DNA of 61,043 nucleotides, the filler included, from an uncultured Methanosarcinales archaeon (lineage in GTDB: Archaea > Nanobdellota > Nanobdellia > Woesearchaeales > CAZPJY01): NCBI GenBank assembly GCA_964587045.1. It is 4 parts of 4 records of this genome, joined end to end, with 100 filler letters (N's around TTAATTAATTAA, not from the genome) between each part and the next. Parts side by side here need not be neighbours in the genome. Positions count along the whole stretch, not along the records: positions 21,455 to 42,030 come from CAZPJY010000032.1; 3 more parts are not named here. The stretch is one strand, 5' to 3'. The notes below the pieces were generated by a model. It saw nothing but the letters and a program-made list of their open reading frames with translations. It searched no databases and was not told where the DNA came from. The translations under genes were made by a program, and so were the position numbers. Positions 29,865 to 38,856 of this stretch are shown here, piece after piece (position 1 is the first letter of the stretch; the number at the start of each line of letters is the position of its first letter).

Positions 29865-30800
29865 TTATGACGCAATGTAAAAATTGCTCCTCTTCTCAAT
29901 CAGCCCTCTTTTGAGCAGGGACTTCAATATCAGCCTCACCTTTGGGTTAGAGTATCTTGTGAAGATCTCCTTCTCTGTGCATGGCCTTCTCCGGAGTAGG
30001 TCAAGAACTTCGTGGACCAGTTCTGTCTCGCCTAGGTTCCTATTGATTGCTTTGGGCTGGGATTGCATGTAATACACCACTTCTATGCCTGTCGCTTGGT
30101 TTATTTGTGACGCAATCCGCCCGAGTCTCTTTTCGCCAATGCGCCGCAAGCCTGCCTTGCCGCTTGGCCTGTAGGCAGTTCCGAGGAATATGGTGATTGG
30201 CTTGGCAGAGTGGATCTCCTGATAAAGATGAATCATCTCTCTTATGGTCTTTTCATCTGCATTAGTCAACCCGTTGCTAGAGAACAACAAGGTCTGGATA
30301 GCCACCCGGGTCTTTAATTCCTTGATGCTCCTGACTATATCGGACAGAAGCATGCCCCTGCTCGGTCTGTTAATCTCGTCAAACAGTTCCTGGTTTGGGG
30401 CGTCTATCTTGGCGATGACTAAATCGCAGCGTTCCAAGCCTCTTTTCACTGCAGGATCATTTGCAAGAGAGGCGTTGGTGAGAACCGCAAGCGGGATTTT
30501 GGTCATCCGTTTTATCCTCGCAGCCACAGCACCCAGGTTCAGGTTGATTGTTGGCTCCCCTTGCCCAGAGAAGGTGAGGATATCAGGTTTTGTCTGGTCG
30601 ATCTTTACCTTCAGATTCATAAAGTCCTTCTCTGTTGAATCCACCTTCACAGGCTTATCGGTCTTAAAGCATTTGTCCCCAAGCTGGCAGTAGACACAGT
30701 TAAAAGAACATATTTTACTGTATCCCGAAGGGGGTTTTACTAAATCGACCCCTAACGAATTTCCTAACCTCCATGAGGGGACAGGGCCATATATATTCAT
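29865..30800 (-). CDS. Radical SAM protein
   Basis: YGPVPSWRLG.SLGVD, CSFNCVYC, FSGQGEPT, VLTN.SL. Confidence 0.9.
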   Translation of the reverse strand: MNIYGPVPSWRLGNSLGVDLVKPPSGYSKICSFNCVYCQLGDKCFKTDKPVKVDSTEKDFMNLKVKIDQTKPDILTFSGQGEPTINLNLGAVAARIKRMTKIPLAVLTNASLANDPAVKRGLERCDLVIAKIDAPNQELFDEINRPSRGMLLSDIVRSIKELKTRVAIQTLLFSSNGLTNADEKTIREMIHLYQEIHSAKPITIFLGTAYRPSGKAGLRRIGEKRLGRIASQINQATGIEVVYYMQSQPKAINRNLGETELVHEVLDLLRRRPCTEKEIFTRYSNPKVRLILKSLLKRGLIEKRSNFYIAS

Positions 30801-30836
30801 TTTCACCTCGTTTTTCTCAGCGAGCTTCCCATGCAA

Positions 30837-32183
30837 TTATTTCATCTTGCCTATGGCGTCCTGAGCCGCAACTATGAGTGGGTAGGTTGTGGGTGCGGCG
30901 GTAAGCTTAGGATGGGTCGCCAGCTGCATCGTCTCAAGCTCGGTCATGGAGACATTTTTCTGGAGCGCGAGCCCTATGATGTTGACAATCTCCCCAATCG
31001 ACTCTCCCCCTGCTACCTGGCCTCCCAGGAGGATTCCGGACTGCTTTGAAAAAATGAGTTTGAACTTAATCTTGTGCGCGTCTGGGATCTTGCCTGGATG
31101 CCTGTCCACGCCTTCAGCACGGCCAACGATGATTTCAAAACCCTCCTGCTTGGCAGTCTTCTCGGTCAGGCCGGCTGATCCAAGAGCCACATCGCCAAGC
31201 CTCGTAGAATATGTCGCGATGGTCCCCCTGTTTTCCCTCACCACCTTCAATCCGAATAGGCTGGCTCCAGCAATCCGTGCCTCAGCGGTAGCTGTCGAGG
31301 CGAGCATTACAGGTATCCTCTTTCTGGTGAAGAAATCCCGCTTCTCTGCACAATCACCAACTGCAAAGATGTTGCTGTCTGTGCTGGTACGCAAGTACTC
31401 GTCGACCAGTATCCCCCTGCTCTTGCCAATCTCCAAGCCAGCATTTGCGGCGAGCTCCGTGTTGGGTGAGGTCCCAATCCCCAGGATGATGACTTGGCAG
31501 GGAATCTGAGCGCCGCTGGAAAGCTGTACCGACTCTACCTTGTCATTCCCGTTGATTTTAACGACTTTCTCCCCACTGATTACTCTTACGCCGTTCTTTT
31601 CCAGCGCACCCTTTGCAAGCATGGAGAACTCTGAGTCGAAGGAATTCGCAAGGATTTCTGGGAGGAACTCAACTAGGGTGACATTCGCGCCCTCGAGCTT
31701 CGAGAGCTCATCGGCAAACTCCACACCGATAAAGCCGCCACCGATTATGATTATTTCCTTTGCATGCGACACAGCTTCCTTCAGTTTTTTGAGGTATTCC
31801 ATCTCCTTTATTACTGTGTACACGCCTTCCTTTTCAATCCCCTCGATGGGCGGCTTAATCGGATTAGAACCCACAGCGAGAATCAGCTTCTCATACCCCA
31901 AGGTTTCCCCGTTTTTCGTCTTTATCTCCTTTGCGTCCCTGTCTATGCCTGTGACCTCATCGACCTTGAGTTCGATGCTATTTGCCTCAAGCGACTGTGT
32001 CCCCATGCAATTGTCATCAGGCTGTTCTAGGGTCGTGAAGATGTAGGGGATGCCGCAGGGTATCACGCCTGTCTTGTATTGCTTGAGCAGCAGTATCTTT
32101 TTTTCAGGGTAGTATTTCCTAGCTGTCAGCGCACTTATCATGCCGGCGGGACCTCCGCCCACTATTATAACGTCGTATTTCAC
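30837..32183 (-). CDS. FAD-dependent pyridine nucleotide-disulfide oxidoreductase (CoA-disulfide reductase/NADH oxidase family)
   Basis: GGGPAG, PCGIPY redox Cys, GGGFIGVE, FAVGDC, dimerisation domain. Confidence 0.92.
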   Translation of the reverse strand: MKYDVIIVGGGPAGMISALTARKYYPEKKILLLKQYKTGVIPCGIPYIFTTLEQPDDNCMGTQSLEANSIELKVDEVTGIDRDAKEIKTKNGETLGYEKLILAVGSNPIKPPIEGIEKEGVYTVIKEMEYLKKLKEAVSHAKEIIIIGGGFIGVEFADELSKLEGANVTLVEFLPEILANSFDSEFSMLAKGALEKNGVRVISGEKVVKINGNDKVESVQLSSGAQIPCQVIILGIGTSPNTELAANAGLEIGKSRGILVDEYLRTSTDSNIFAVGDCAEKRDFFTRKRIPVMLASTATAEARIAGASLFGLKVVRENRGTIATYSTRLGDVALGSAGLTEKTAKQEGFEIIVGRAEGVDRHPGKIPDAHKIKFKLIFSKQSGILLGGQVAGGESIGEIVNIIGLALQKNVSMTELETMQLATHPKLTAAPTTYPLIVAAQDAIGKMK

Positions 32184-32209
32184 CAGTAATCACCTCTACG
32201 CAAGAAACA

Positions 32210-32692
32210 TTATTCGCTTTCTTTTCCTTCTCCTAACTCTTCCATCACAGCTTTCTCGACGTATTCCTCTCTGTCGCTGCCGTGGTACCCCTTGTTTATC
32301 GCTTCGTTATGCGCCCTTGCCACTGCCTTACGTACCTCATCACTGCCGCCATACTGGGAGTAAAGGGAAGAATATTCGCTCTGGATCGCCTTATAATTCT
32401 TGGTGCTGATGACATATTCAACCCCAGGTCCGATTTCCCAACCTTGCTGTTTGGCAATTTTTTCCAGGCCGGAACCATCTTCCTCTCCTTGACCCACTCC
32501 TTTTCCCATGCCTGCGCCTTTTGAGCCCTTTCCATCGGGAATGTTTCCACCAGGTCCTCTTCCTTCCTTTCTATAGGGAACATTATTTTTCATGCCACTC
32601 CCATCCGCTCTGCCGCCGCCAGGCCCGTTTCCACTACCATAAGGACCTGTGCCGTCAGCTCGGTGACCGCCCGGTCCTTGGTTATACGTCAT
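32210..32692 (-). CDS. Hypothetical protein with Gly-rich N-terminal repeats
   Basis: Three GPGG...DG.G repeats; AGGTGGT SD. Confidence 0.7.
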   Translation of the reverse strand: MTYNQGPGGHRADGTGPYGSGNGPGGGRADGSGMKNNVPYRKEGRGPGGNIPDGKGSKGAGMGKGVGQGEEDGSGLEKIAKQQGWEIGPGVEYVISTKNYKAIQSEYSSLYSQYGGSDEVRKAVARAHNEAINKGYHGSDREEYVEKAVMEELGEGKESE

Positions 32693-32722
32693 TTTTTACC
32701 ACCTTGATAATTTTTATCCTAG

Positions 32723-32887
32723 TCACAGGTTTCGCCGGAGTCCTCTTCCTCCGCGTCCTCGTCCGCCCCTTCTTTTCATAAAAGGTCGTGAATTGTCAAG
32801 TTTTTCGTCACTGCCTTCACACCTTCCGAGGCCTCGTCCTGTCCTTGATCCTTTTCCTTCTGGTCCTGTTCCGTCTTTGTTTGGCAT
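32723..32887 (-). CDS. DUF5320 family small protein (54 aa, not in ORF track)
   Basis: MPNKDGTGPEGKGSRTGRGLGRC...RRGGRGRGGRGLRRNL; AGGTGA SD. Confidence 0.85.
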   Translation of the reverse strand: MPNKDGTGPEGKGSRTGRGLGRCEGSDEKLDNSRPFMKRRGGRGRGGRGLRRNL

Positions 32888-32910
32888 TTTATCACCTAAA
32901 TTGTTTATTA

Positions 32911-32930
32911 TTATGAATATATATTCATAA
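32911..32930. promoter_or_regulatory. Perfect 20-bp palindromic operator
   Basis: TTATGAATATATATTCATAA in the divergent promoter region. Confidence 0.7.
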
Positions 32931-33010
32931 CTAATATATATATTTTATTGTTATGCAGGCTAGAAAAATAGATAAACTCCCTAGATATGCTAGTTTGCGG
33001 GGTGAAACAA

Positions 33011-33301
33011 ATGTTGCATGAGGACAGAACCAAGCTATCTGACAAGACCCAAGACATGAAGCGCGCCATAGACTCTCTCAAAGAAGAGCTGGAGGCCGTG
33101 GACTGGTACAACCAGCGCGCCGACGCGTGCACCGATAAGGACCTAAAGAGAATACTGGTCCACAACGCGAACGAGGAAAAGGAGCACGCCTCGATGATCC
33201 TCGAGTGGATCAGGCAGCACAACAAGGATTTTGCAAAGGAGCTGAAAGAGTACCTATTCTCAGAAGAGGGGGATATAGCTGGCAAAGAGGAAGCGCACTG
33301 A
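33011..33301 (+). CDS. Encapsulin-associated-type ferritin-like protein (EncFtn/Flp)
   Basis: RAI.SL.EELEAVDWYNQRA.AC.D..L..IL.HN..EEKEHA.M.LEWIR. Confidence 0.9.
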   Translation: MLHEDRTKLSDKTQDMKRAIDSLKEELEAVDWYNQRADACTDKDLKRILVHNANEEKEHASMILEWIRQHNKDFAKELKEYLFSEEGDIAGKEEAH

Positions 33302-34117
33302 TCAGTCGAACTCGCCTTCAGGGGCGATCTTGAGGTAGTCAAGGAACCAGGCGTCCTCGCCCTTAGTCCGTTTTTCCCAGGTCTGACCGATGACCTCGTC
33401 GGTCAGCCCTATTTTCGAAAAGTAGGTCCTCTTGTAAAAGTAGATGGGCTTCCCGATTTTTGAGAGGACCATTCCTGCAAGCTTCCTGTCAATGGATGAG
33501 TTCTTTCCGACATAGCCTCCCTTACCAGGCTGGAAGTCGAAAACGTCGTAGAAGCTGAGGTACTTGCCCTTCTCGTCATAGCCAATAGACAGCGTGAAGT
33601 TTCCGAAACCCTCTACGGGTCCGAAGTCTCTCATATTGACAAGCCTGCTGCCATAGTCCCAGTAGTAGCTGTGGTGCTTGTTGCCTTCTTGGGGGAGCGG
33701 CACTATGTCCCCTTCCTTCATCTCCCTGATGCGGTAGAGCATGCTTATCATGCAGGTCTCGAGCGATCTGGTGTCCAGGTTGATTTGGATGAGAGGGCTG
33801 GGGTCGTAGAGCTTCACATCCGGTGGCAAGGTGGCTGAAGTAGGTCTGTACTTGGACAGGGGTAAGGGGTTTTCCTGCTTGCCCAAGTAGATAGCGTTGA
33901 GGTCCATCTCTTCAGGAACGTTGGCATTGTCCGGTATGGCATCATAGTCCCCGCGGGTGAGCACCAGTTTGGGGAGGCTCCTTACGATTTCCTCAGCGGT
34001 CATCCCTGTGGGATTGTGGCTCATGATGTTGTGCGCTATGTCTTTGTAGGTCAAGGTACCTACGATTCCCACCCCTGCCAGGGTGATCGCCAGCGTCTTG
34101 AAGAACCTGTTGAACAT
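33302..34117 (-). CDS. Hypothetical exported protein
   Basis: N-terminal signal/TM from ATG 34117; YLSFYDVFDF motif. Confidence 0.65.
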   Translation of the reverse strand: MFNRFFKTLAITLAGVGIVGTLTYKDIAHNIMSHNPTGMTAEEIVRSLPKLVLTRGDYDAIPDNANVPEEMDLNAIYLGKQENPLPLSKYRPTSATLPPDVKLYDPSPLIQINLDTRSLETCMISMLYRIREMKEGDIVPLPQEGNKHHSYYWDYGSRLVNMRDFGPVEGFGNFTLSIGYDEKGKYLSFYDVFDFQPGKGGYVGKNSSIDRKLAGMVLSKIGKPIYFYKRTYFSKIGLTDEVIGQTWEKRTKGEDAWFLDYLKIAPEGEFD

Positions 34118-34177
34118 GGGATTATTGATAGGTTTGAGTATATAAATCTTTCGTTTTTTACCACTAGAAAGTGACAA

Positions 34178-34210
34178 AGATATTCCGTCCGGGCCTGCGG
34201 ACAACAAAGC
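34178..34210 (-). repeat. att-like repeat copy A (degenerate tRNA 3' end plus arm)
   Basis: + strand AGATATTCCGTCCGGGCCTGCGGACAACAAAGC. Confidence 0.85.
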
Positions 34211-34391
34211 TTAGATCTGCCTTAGCCCTCACCCATGCCTCCTTCTTGTTTATAAACTCAGGCCTCATATGAGAATAAGAGTGAGTCGGAATCCCTAAAG
34301 ATACCGGTTTTCTTTTTTAAATAAATGGAGAATATTATTCAATCTACAAATTATAACAACAATTAATAAGCAGTTGTGGTTAAATAGTACC

Positions 34392-35264
34392 ATGGAAGAT
34401 AACAGCAAGGCTATATTCTTTGCATTGTTAACAATCATACTATGGGGGACGACCGCAGCAGTTACAAAAATGTTACTTGGGAATATCTCAAATATCCAAT
34501 TGCTGTTCTATATTACCTTATCAGCCACTATTTCAACTTTAGCTGTATCACTCTTTTACAAGAAAACAAATGAGATCATAGCTTTAGTAAAAAATCAGAC
34601 GCTACCAATCTTCCTATTAGGCTTCTTCGGACTTGGAGTATACCAATATTGCTATGTTACCTCGTTTGCAAACGCACCTACAGCTTCTGTTAATGTGCTG
34701 AACTACATGTGGCCGATTCTAATCTATGTGTTCTCAATCATTATACTCAAGGACAAGTTAAGTTGGAAACATATCTTGTCATTAACTTTAGGATTGCTGG
34801 GTGTTGTTATTGTAATAACTAAGGGACAATTTGTAGCGTTTGAAAATCAGTACCTGCCTAGTTACATGATGGCCTTAATTGCTGCATTCTGCTGGGCCAT
34901 ATTCTCAGTTATCAACAAACAAAAAGGATTCGATCCAATAAGCTCCGTGACACTTTATAATTTCTCAGCATTGATACTGATGTTCCTACTAATGTTAATC
35001 AAAGGTAAGTCGTTTATCATCCCACAAAGCGATTTGATTGGGAGTGTCTATATAGGAGTTTTTCCAACAGCCATTGCATTTATCACATGGATAAAAGCCC
35101 TACACCTTGGAAAGGCTTCCATGATTGCAAACCTTGGTCATTTAACTCCATTTATCTCCCTGGTTTTCATTTTTCTGCTACTAAAAGAGAAGATTTATTC
35201 TAGCGAAATAATCGGTTTGATTGTTATTGTGTCTGGGATCCTAATACAAATTCTAAGAAAATAA
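34392..35264 (+). CDS. EamA/DMT family transporter
   Basis: About 10 TM segments in two EamA repeats (LWG, NYMWP, LTP...KEK); AT-rich DNA. Confidence 0.9.
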   Translation: MEDNSKAIFFALLTIILWGTTAAVTKMLLGNISNIQLLFYITLSATISTLAVSLFYKKTNEIIALVKNQTLPIFLLGFFGLGVYQYCYVTSFANAPTASVNVLNYMWPILIYVFSIIILKDKLSWKHILSLTLGLLGVVIVITKGQFVAFENQYLPSYMMALIAAFCWAIFSVINKQKGFDPISSVTLYNFSALILMFLLMLIKGKSFIIPQSDLIGSVYIGVFPTAIAFITWIKALHLGKASMIANLGHLTPFISLVFIFLLLKEKIYSSEIIGLIVIVSGILIQILRK

Positions 35265-35267
35265 ACC

Positions 35268-35300
35268 AAATGCCCCGTCCGGGCCTGCGGACAACAAGGC
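35268..35300 (-). repeat. att-like repeat copy B
   Basis: + strand AAATGCCCCGTCCGGGCCTGCGGACAACAAGGC. Confidence 0.9.
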
Positions 35301-35373
35301 ATGCTGCTTCTTGAGCCCTTACATCTTGTTTACGATTTCAGGCTATGTACTTAATGGTATGAGCGTGAATCCA

Positions 35374-36324
35374 TCAATAAGCAGTTGTCCTAGTTCTGTG
35401 GTATGGCTTATCTGCAGGCCACTTGGTTTGGCCTTCCAGCCACAGGTAATCGTTTACATCCACTGACATAATGTTTGGATATCTGTCCCGAATAACCTCC
35501 TTGATCTGCTCTACAGCGTCGATTGTACAAGCCCGAATCTCGACCTCCCTGGGATCGCCGCTCGGAATCTGGATGTAATTGTCGATCCGGTCCGCCAAAT
35601 CTTTAGAATACTCAAAGACCCCGTGCCTACGCAGCACTTGGGGTATCTTGTAATCCGCGCAAGCGGTCAAATCCTCAATACCTGACAATCCCAAAGATAG
35701 GTGGAAACAATGGCTTATGTCTGAAACTAGCAGTTGGGCCCGTTTGTAGAAATGCAGCGCTTCCCCCTCATACTCAGCAACGTCATGGAAGAAAGGGAAG
35801 TGACCTATTATTAGGTTGTAGAGGCGATGCGCACTTCCGCTCGCTTCTTCCAGGAGATTTCGGAAGCTGCTGTTATACGATTCAACAATAACCTGTCCTA
35901 CCTCTTGTACAATCCTAAGCCTCTCAGCAAACATGGGGATCGGAACATTGCCCTGCAGAACCATTTGAAGGTCTTTCTCGGAAATTTCTGCTAAATATTC
36001 AGCATCTACCAAAGGTATCCCTTGATCCAGGGCATTGCCGATGCATGCAGTCATCGCCCAGCTCCCGTCATACCTGCCACCCAGCCTCTCAACCGCCCAT
36101 TTTGGCTCCCCCCAGTAACAGAAGCTAATGGAATTCAGGAGGAACAGGTACGCCAGCCTGTCGTCTACTGGTAAATCGTGCAGGTTGTACGGAGCGCTTT
36201 TCAGCCAGTGGAGCGGTTTGTCCATTTTGATTTGATCGCATAATCCCTCGAGTTTGGTCGTGTCCACATTGACGAATCTGGCGCTCTGGGTGACTTTCCT
36301 CGCTTGTCTTTTAAGACCGTCCAT
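35374..36324 (-). CDS. qng1: Queuosine salvage hydrolase (DUF2419/Qng1 family)
   Basis: LNSISFCYW, FYKRAQL, ADYKIPQVLR..G, EVEIRA, DYLW, YHRTRTTAY. Confidence 0.88.
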   Translation of the reverse strand: MDGLKRQARKVTQSARFVNVDTTKLEGLCDQIKMDKPLHWLKSAPYNLHDLPVDDRLAYLFLLNSISFCYWGEPKWAVERLGGRYDGSWAMTACIGNALDQGIPLVDAEYLAEISEKDLQMVLQGNVPIPMFAERLRIVQEVGQVIVESYNSSFRNLLEEASGSAHRLYNLIIGHFPFFHDVAEYEGEALHFYKRAQLLVSDISHCFHLSLGLSGIEDLTACADYKIPQVLRRHGVFEYSKDLADRIDNYIQIPSGDPREVEIRACTIDAVEQIKEVIRDRYPNIMSVDVNDYLWLEGQTKWPADKPYHRTRTTAY

Positions 36325-36422
36325 CTTTACTATTTAGTGGTAATATAAAGAATAATAAAATCTTTGGAAGATATTTTTACAATAACAAAGTTTATATATC
36401 ATAATACATTAATATTATATAA

Positions 36423-37361
36423 ATGGATAAGACTGATAACAAAATCTTGCTGGAATTGTTAAAAAACTCGAGGGTGCCTGTCTCGCAACTGGCCAAGAAC
36501 CTTCGGATATCAAGAGAAGTGGTGAACTACAGGATCAGCAGGCTCGTGAAATCAGGCATTATCCAAAGGTTCATCACCGAAATCGACATAGGAAGACTTG
36601 GATACATCGGAGCAGCAGTGTTCATCAACATAAAAGCGACCCGGCAAGAGGAATTCAGACAGTACCTACAAGAGTCCACATTTGTCTCCTGGGTCGCCGA
36701 GCTATCAGGCATTTGGAGCTTTGGGCTGTCGATCATAGGTAAGACAAACGAAGAGCTGGACAAAAAATTCCAGAACCTTTACCAAAGGTTCAAGGAGGCG
36801 ATAATAGACCACAGGTTCACCCTCCATCGGAGGTCCTTATTCTTCTACGAGAAATACTTCCATCAGATGCCGGAAGGCAGCTTGCCGAAAAAGTTATTGA
36901 AACACAGGCATGACGACAAAGATCTACAGATTCTAAAAGAATTATCGATGAACGCTCGTGTGGATAGTGTGGCGCTTTCGAAAACCATCGGCCTGTCAGC
37001 CCCAGCGATAACTGCAAGGATAAAGGGACTCCAGAACGCTGGCGTGATACAGAGGTTCTCGATATTCATTGACACGTCCAAACTTCAACTGTACCAGTAC
37101 AGCGTCTTTGTCATCAACAAGGATGTCGACCAGAAAGGTACAATGATAAAATTCCTGCACCAGCATGGCAAGGTCTCATTCATTGCTGAGTATGTTGGGG
37201 ACCAATTCATCGAGTTTGGTATCGTGATCGAAAATCCCTACGATCTGAGGGGCATACTCCAGGAGATTGAGGAGGCGTTTCCAGCCAACAGGGTGATGGA
37301 GGTCTCATTATTCCAAAAAGAGTTCGTATCTATTGGTCCTCCCAGTTGTGTGTTCTCGTGA
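36423..37361 (+). CDS. Tandem (double) Lrp/AsnC family regulator
   Basis: Two D..D..IL.EL..N.R HTH plus ligand-domain units. Confidence 0.88.
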   Translation: MDKTDNKILLELLKNSRVPVSQLAKNLRISREVVNYRISRLVKSGIIQRFITEIDIGRLGYIGAAVFINIKATRQEEFRQYLQESTFVSWVAELSGIWSFGLSIIGKTNEELDKKFQNLYQRFKEAIIDHRFTLHRRSLFFYEKYFHQMPEGSLPKKLLKHRHDDKDLQILKELSMNARVDSVALSKTIGLSAPAITARIKGLQNAGVIQRFSIFIDTSKLQLYQYSVFVINKDVDQKGTMIKFLHQHGKVSFIAEYVGDQFIEFGIVIENPYDLRGILQEIEEAFPANRVMEVSLFQKEFVSIGPPSCVFS

Positions 37362-37537
37362 ATTTCAGTTGGAAAATGCCTCATCAACAGCGAAAATAAG
37401 CGCATCCGCTTGAATGCATTGATCATTCGCATAAAGCTCTATTGGCACCGGTTATCTATTGCTTGCTCCATGATTTTCTCTTTTTTGAGTAGTAACAAAC
37501 AACAATTTTATTAATAAGCACTCATTGCCCAATACTA

Positions 37538-38641
37538 ATGGAACCTACATCGTTTGAGCGATATCTAGGATATGGTATACATAAACCGACGAAGAAAACA
37601 CTCAATGCATTACTCAAGGAGTGCAAGGAAGTCATTGAAGACAGGAAACTGTCCAATAGTTATGGAATCTATTGGTTCCCCACTGTCGACATCCCTCTGC
37701 GAGGGCAATCTATGAAACGCGGAGGCTACCGTCAAGCAGCTGAACTGTACATTCGACTCCTGATAAATGATTCACATGCTCAGAAACAACTCGTTGGGAT
37801 AGACAGAGAGTTTCTCATTGTCCTTGGCTACCACAAGAAACCGTTCGTTCAGATAAGCGGGTGGCATGACCAGCTAGAGCACACAGCGATACGGGCGGCT
37901 TCTGAACTCCTATCCACCCAGCTTGAACTGCAGCCTTACACTTACCCAAAAATTGACACCAGAAATGGAACATATTACAATGAGCGCTTATTAGGTTTCC
38001 AGGAGGGAATGTCTGGTGAGAAACGAGACACATTCCTGCAACTCGCAGACGCGAGTAGGTTCACACTTGACAAGCTCGATTTGTGTCAACTCCCTGACAA
38101 TCTGCACGTCGATGAAGTAATCATCGGTGTGGGTGGCGAGCTTGAATCTCCTTGGAACAAATATGTAATTGGACGAACACACCTTGCTGTCAGTGTTGCG
38201 GAAGCCTATCACCCTTGGAAGAAAAATCGACAGTGGGGAGTTCTCATTGGTGCAACAACGCCAAACTACAACGATGAACTAGCCAAAGCACACGAAGAGT
38301 TGCTCCATCTCACGGAAGCCTATGGATCGCGAGATATCATTATCACTTGCGGTACTGGTGGTTCACACTCCGCGTACCCAATATATCTCCACAAGGACAT
38401 TGACATGGAAAGAGTGGTTAAAGAAGTTGTAGGTGATGCTCCCATCAAAGGAACGAGATTCACCGATACCGATGAAACCGAGAAACTTTTCATTATGTAT
38501 AATAGCTTGATGAATGGGCTCCCCATCCACAAGTACTATGGGGAACAACTCATACGTGCTATGCAGACTGTGCGCGACACAACAGTAAACATTGAGATTC
38601 AATCAGCCCTTGAATACCGACTTGAAAGCATTCTTGCGTAA
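37538..38641 (+). CDS. Hypothetical protein
   Basis: 367-aa ORF with a TATA-like sequence upstream; no recognised family. Confidence 0.7.
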   Translation: MEPTSFERYLGYGIHKPTKKTLNALLKECKEVIEDRKLSNSYGIYWFPTVDIPLRGQSMKRGGYRQAAELYIRLLINDSHAQKQLVGIDREFLIVLGYHKKPFVQISGWHDQLEHTAIRAASELLSTQLELQPYTYPKIDTRNGTYYNERLLGFQEGMSGEKRDTFLQLADASRFTLDKLDLCQLPDNLHVDEVIIGVGGELESPWNKYVIGRTHLAVSVAEAYHPWKKNRQWGVLIGATTPNYNDELAKAHEELLHLTEAYGSRDIIITCGTGGSHSAYPIYLHKDIDMERVVKEVVGDAPIKGTRFTDTDETEKLFIMYNSLMNGLPIHKYYGEQLIRAMQTVRDTTVNIEIQSALEYRLESILA

Positions 38642-38701
38642 CTTGGCTGCATCATTCAGGGTCAGAGAATGAGATGAGCAACTATCAGCTGTTTGTAGTT
38701 T

Positions 38702-38716
38702 GATGCCCCGTCCGGG
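38702..38716 (-). repeat. att-like repeat copy C (core only, different arm)
   Basis: + strand GATGCCCCGTCCGGG followed by GGAGGGAAGG. Confidence 0.8.
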
Positions 38717-38856
38717 GGAGGGAAGGTTCAAGTCCCCCAGGGCTGCTTTCGCTTATCAAAACGTGCGGTAGGCATTAAAGGCAGTTTTCCGTGTGAAGCG
38801 GCAGCTGAAGGCGTTTTGGGCAAGTATTAAAATACTTACTTGACTTCCTGGATAGT

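Noticed and set aside
34158..36343. Shared TTACCACTA..AGT word at 34158 and 36326-36343 as an Lrp operator
   Set aside because: Only two partial matches in AT-rich DNA; not distinguishable from chance by eye.
38712..38745. GGTTCAAGTCCC after repeat C as a + strand tRNA
   Set aside because: Only a T-loop-like word in a G/C hairpin; I could not build D, anticodon or acceptor arms.
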